Below, piece after piece: positions 44,826 through 48,199 of a stretch of DNA of 48,199 nucleotides. Position 1 is the first letter of the stretch, and each line of letters opens with the position of its first letter. A program made the position numbers and the translations under genes. The DNA is from Scyliorhinus canicula. Taxonomy: Eukaryota. Location of the stretch: assembly GCF_902713615.1 (NCBI RefSeq), contig NW_024055654.1, positions 4,083,185 to 4,131,383 of the forward strand. The letters are read 5' to 3'. Below the pieces are notes generated by a model that worked only from the letters and a program-made list of their open reading frames with translations, did no database searches and was not told where the DNA came from.

Positions 44826-45480
44826 TATTGGATTGGATTTGTTTATTACCGAGGTACAGTGAAAAGTATTTTTCTGCAAGCAGCTCAACAAATCATTCAG
44901 TACATGGAAGAAAAGGGAATTAAACAAAATTCAACAAAATACAAGAAAATACATGGGACTACATAATAGGGCAGCACAAGATATACAATGTAACTACATA
45001 TGCATTGGCATCGGTTGAAGCACACAGGGTGTAGTGTTAATGAGGTCAGTCAATAAGAGAGTCATTTCGGAGTCTGGTGATAGTGGGGAAACTGCTAACC
45101 ATCTCCACCTCGTCCACGTTGATGCTGATAGGGGTGTGTACAGTACTTTGCTTCCTGAAGTCGATGACCAGCTCTTTAGTTTTGCTGGCATTGAGGGATA
45201 GATTGTTGTCGTTACACCACTCCACTAGGTTCTCTATCTCCCTCCTGTGTTCGGACTCGTCGTTATTCAAGATCCGGCCCATTCTGGTCGTATCGTCAGC
45301 GAACTTGTATTGTAGATGGAGTTGGAACCAAGTTTTGCCACGCAGTCGTGTGTGTACAGAGTAGAGTAAGGGGCTAAGTACCCAGCCTTGCGGGGCAACA
45401 GTTTTGAGGACTATTGTGGAGGAGGTGTTGGTGTTCATTCTTACTGACTGTGGTCTGTTGGTCAGAAAGTCAAGGATCAT
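44826..45480 (-). mobile_element. Rex1/Babar LINE 3' fragment
   Basis: ILDFLTNRPQSV...APQGWVLSPLLY...KFADDTT...KTKELVIDFRK. Confidence 0.8.
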
Positions 45481-48199
45481 GGGGTTAGGGGAGGGGGGAG
45501 GTTGTTCTGCTGACGGGAGAGGGACTTGAAATAGGCACTGGAAAGGAGGTCGAGGGTGGAGGCAGCCAAAGGGCGGGCCAGGAATGGCGCGACGCACGGG
45601 TCAGGGGCCGGCCCGAGAAACGCTATGGCTGACCGGCGGGGTGGGGGGGTGGGATGTGCCCCCCGACCAGGCTGATCACCTGGAACGTCAAGGGACTGAA
45701 TGGGCCGGTTAAGAGGGCGCGGGTGTTCGCGCACTTGCGGGCCCTGAGGGCGGACGTAATTATGTTGCAGGAGACACATCTGAAAGTGTCAGACCAGACC
45801 AGGCTAAGGAAGGGCTGGATTAGCCAGGTCTTCCACTCGGACTTGGACTCGAAGTCCAGAGGGGTGGCAATCATGATCAACAAGCGCGTGCAATTTGAGG
45901 CAGAGGGCATATCTGCAGACGGGGGGGGCAGATACCTGATGGTACGGGGCAGACTGGAGGGGAGAAGGGTGGTGCTGGTGAATATATATGCCCCGAACTG
46001 GGATGACGTGGACTTTATTAAAAGAGTGCTGAGGAAGATCCCGGACTTGGATTCTCGCAAGCTAATAATGGGAGGGGACTTTAACTTGGTCCTTGACCCG
46101 ACTTTGGAATGGTCGTGTCCCAGAACGGGTAGACTCTCAGCAATGGCAAGGGAGCTGAAAGGGTTTATGGGGCAAATGGGGGCAGTGGACCCCTGGAGAG
46201 AGGGACAGCCAACAGGAAGGGGCTACTCGTTTTACTCGCACGTCCATAAAGTATATTCCAGGATAGATTTCTTTGTAATAAGTAGGGACTGTATGGGGGA
46301 GGTAAAGAACATGGAATACTCAGCAATTACCATTTCACACCATGCCCCGCATTGGGTGGACCTGCAGTTCGGGGGAGCGAGTTATCAACGCCCGCAATGG
46401 AGGCTAGATGTGGGACTGCTGTCGGAGGAGGGGATCTGCGAGAGGCTTCAGAAATGTATAAAAAATTACCTGCAGGTGAATGACACTGGGGAGGTCTCAG
46501 CGGCGACCGTGTGGGAGGCGCTAAAGGCAGTAGTTCGGGGGGAGCTGATTTCAATTGGGGCCCACAAAGCCAAGGCAGACCGGGCAGAGATGGATAGATT
46601 GGTCAGGGAAATGGGCCGGATAGATGAAGAGCACGCGGAGTCCCCGGGGGAGGTTTTACTCAGGGAAAGGCGGAGGCTACAGGCGGAACTGGGGGCACTA
46701 TCCACGAGCAGGGCCGTGGAACAGCTTAGGAAGGCGAGGGGAGTGGTGTACGAGTATGGGGAAAAGGCTAGCAGACTGTTAGCGCAGCAACTCAGGAGGA
46801 GGGAGGCGGCCAGGGAAATAGGTAGAGTGAGGGACGAGGGGGGGCGCAAAGTGGAGGATCTGGCAGAATTGAATAGGGTATTCCGGGACTTCTATCGTAA
46901 GCTGTATACTTCGGAGCCGCCGGAAGAACCGGAGGGTATGAAAAGGTTTCTGGACGGGTTAACATTCCCAACAGTTGGGGGGGGGGGGCAAGTGGAAGAG
47001 CTGGGCGCCCCGATTAGAGTAGAGCAGGTATTGGGGGGCCTAAAGGCCATGCAGTCGGGGAAGTCCCCGGGGCCGGATGGATACCCAGTAGAGTTTTATA
47101 GGAAGTTCTCTGAGCTGGTGGGCCCGGTCTTGGCGAGGGTTTTCAATGAGGCAAGGGACAGAGGGACCCTGCCGCCGACAATGTCACAAGCCACCATATC
47201 TCTGATATTGAAGCGGGGTAAAGACCCGGAGGTGTGCGGGCCCTACAGGCCAATCTCCCTGATTAATGTAGACGCCAAGCTCCTGGCAAAGGCACTGGCG
47301 GGGAGAATGGAGGACTGTGTACCGGAGGTGATTGGGGAGGATCAAACGGGGTTCGTGAAAGGTCGGCAGCTGGCGGCCAATCTGAGGAGATTGCTCAACG
47401 TGATAATGATGCCCCCGGCGGGTAGAGAGGTGGAGGTAGTGGTGGCAATGGACGCCGAGAAGGCCTTTGACCGGGTGGAGTGGGACTATCTATGGGAGGT
47501 GCTCGGACGGTTTGGGTTCGGGGAGGGATTGGTGGATTGGATCAAATTATTATATCAGGCCCCGAGGGCCAGCGTCAGGACCAACAGAGAAGTGTCGGAG
47601 TACTTTAGGTTGTACCGAGGGACCAGGCAGGGCTGCCCGCTCTCCCCGCTGCTGTTTGCGCTGGCCATAGAGCCGCTGGCGATGGCGCTGAGAGCCGCAG
47701 AGGGTTGGAAGGGGATGGTGAGGGGCGGGGTTGAACACAGGGTTTCTCTTTATGTAGACGACCTGCTCCTGTATGTGTCGGACCCAGTGGCCGGGATGGG
47801 AACTATACTGGGAATGCTGAGGGAGTTCGGCCAGTTCTCAGGATACAAATTAAATACGGTCAAGAGTGAAATGTTTGTGGTCCAGGCAAGGGGCCAGGAG
47901 AACAGATTGAGAGGGCTACCGTTTAGGCTGGTTGAGGAAAATTTCCGGTATTTGGGAATCCAGGTGGCACGAGACTGGGCAGGCTGCATAAGTTAAATTT
48001 GGCCAGGGTGGTGGAGCAAATGAAGGGAGAGTTTCGGAGATGGGATGCACTCCCGCTGTCGCTGGCAGGGAGGGTGCAGACTGTAAAGATGACAATCCTC
48101 CCTCGATTTTTGTTTATTTTTCAGTGCCTCCCGATCTTTATCCCACAGTCCTTCTTCAAAAGAGTTAACGGGCTGATCATGAGCTTTGTCTGGGCGGGA
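45481..48199 (+). mobile_element. L1-clade LINE, ORF2 (APE endonuclease + RT), runs off the window
   Basis: ITWNVKGLN, LQETH, GGDFN, SRIDFF, PGPDG, YRPISL, GTRQGCPLSPLLF, YVDD; open 45654-47975, one frameshift, continues LHKLNL...WAG. Confidence 0.92.

Noticed and set aside
1-48199. CRISPR array, rRNA, or prokaryotic systems
   Set aside because: Eukaryotic spliced genes; no short regularly spaced repeats and no rRNA-like sequence.

Overview
Non-coding-rich vertebrate genomic DNA from a cartilaginous fish. The SINE, CR1 and Penelope families look shark-type, probably catshark-like; this is inference, not a database result. The window is part of the V-segment array of an antigen-receptor locus, most consistent with T-cell receptor alpha/delta. 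It holds six open two-exon V genes, all on the + strand (2691, 4061, 14134, 32813, 35184, 37941), each followed by a 23- or 24-nt-spacer RSS. There are also about six V pseudogenes or relics on both strands. No D, J or C segments are visible. The V genes are interleaved with about 21 tRNA genes and pseudogenes (Val, Arg-ACG, Pro-TGG with an 18-nt intron, Asn, His, Thr). Most of these sit in a ~2.3-kb unit that has been duplicated in tandem, dispersed and inverted. The rest is retroelements: a young 5'-truncated Penelope-like element with an open RT-GIY-YIG frame, minimal hammerhead ribozyme motifs of two types, CR1, Rex1/Babar, a near-intact L1-clade ORF2, and many SINEs. Best leads: the V/tRNA interdigitation, the intron-containing tRNA-Pro family and a pre-tRNA-Pro+SINE chimeric insertion, the hammerhead motifs including a U3-A8 core variant, and CTCF-like motifs beside V promoters and RSSs.
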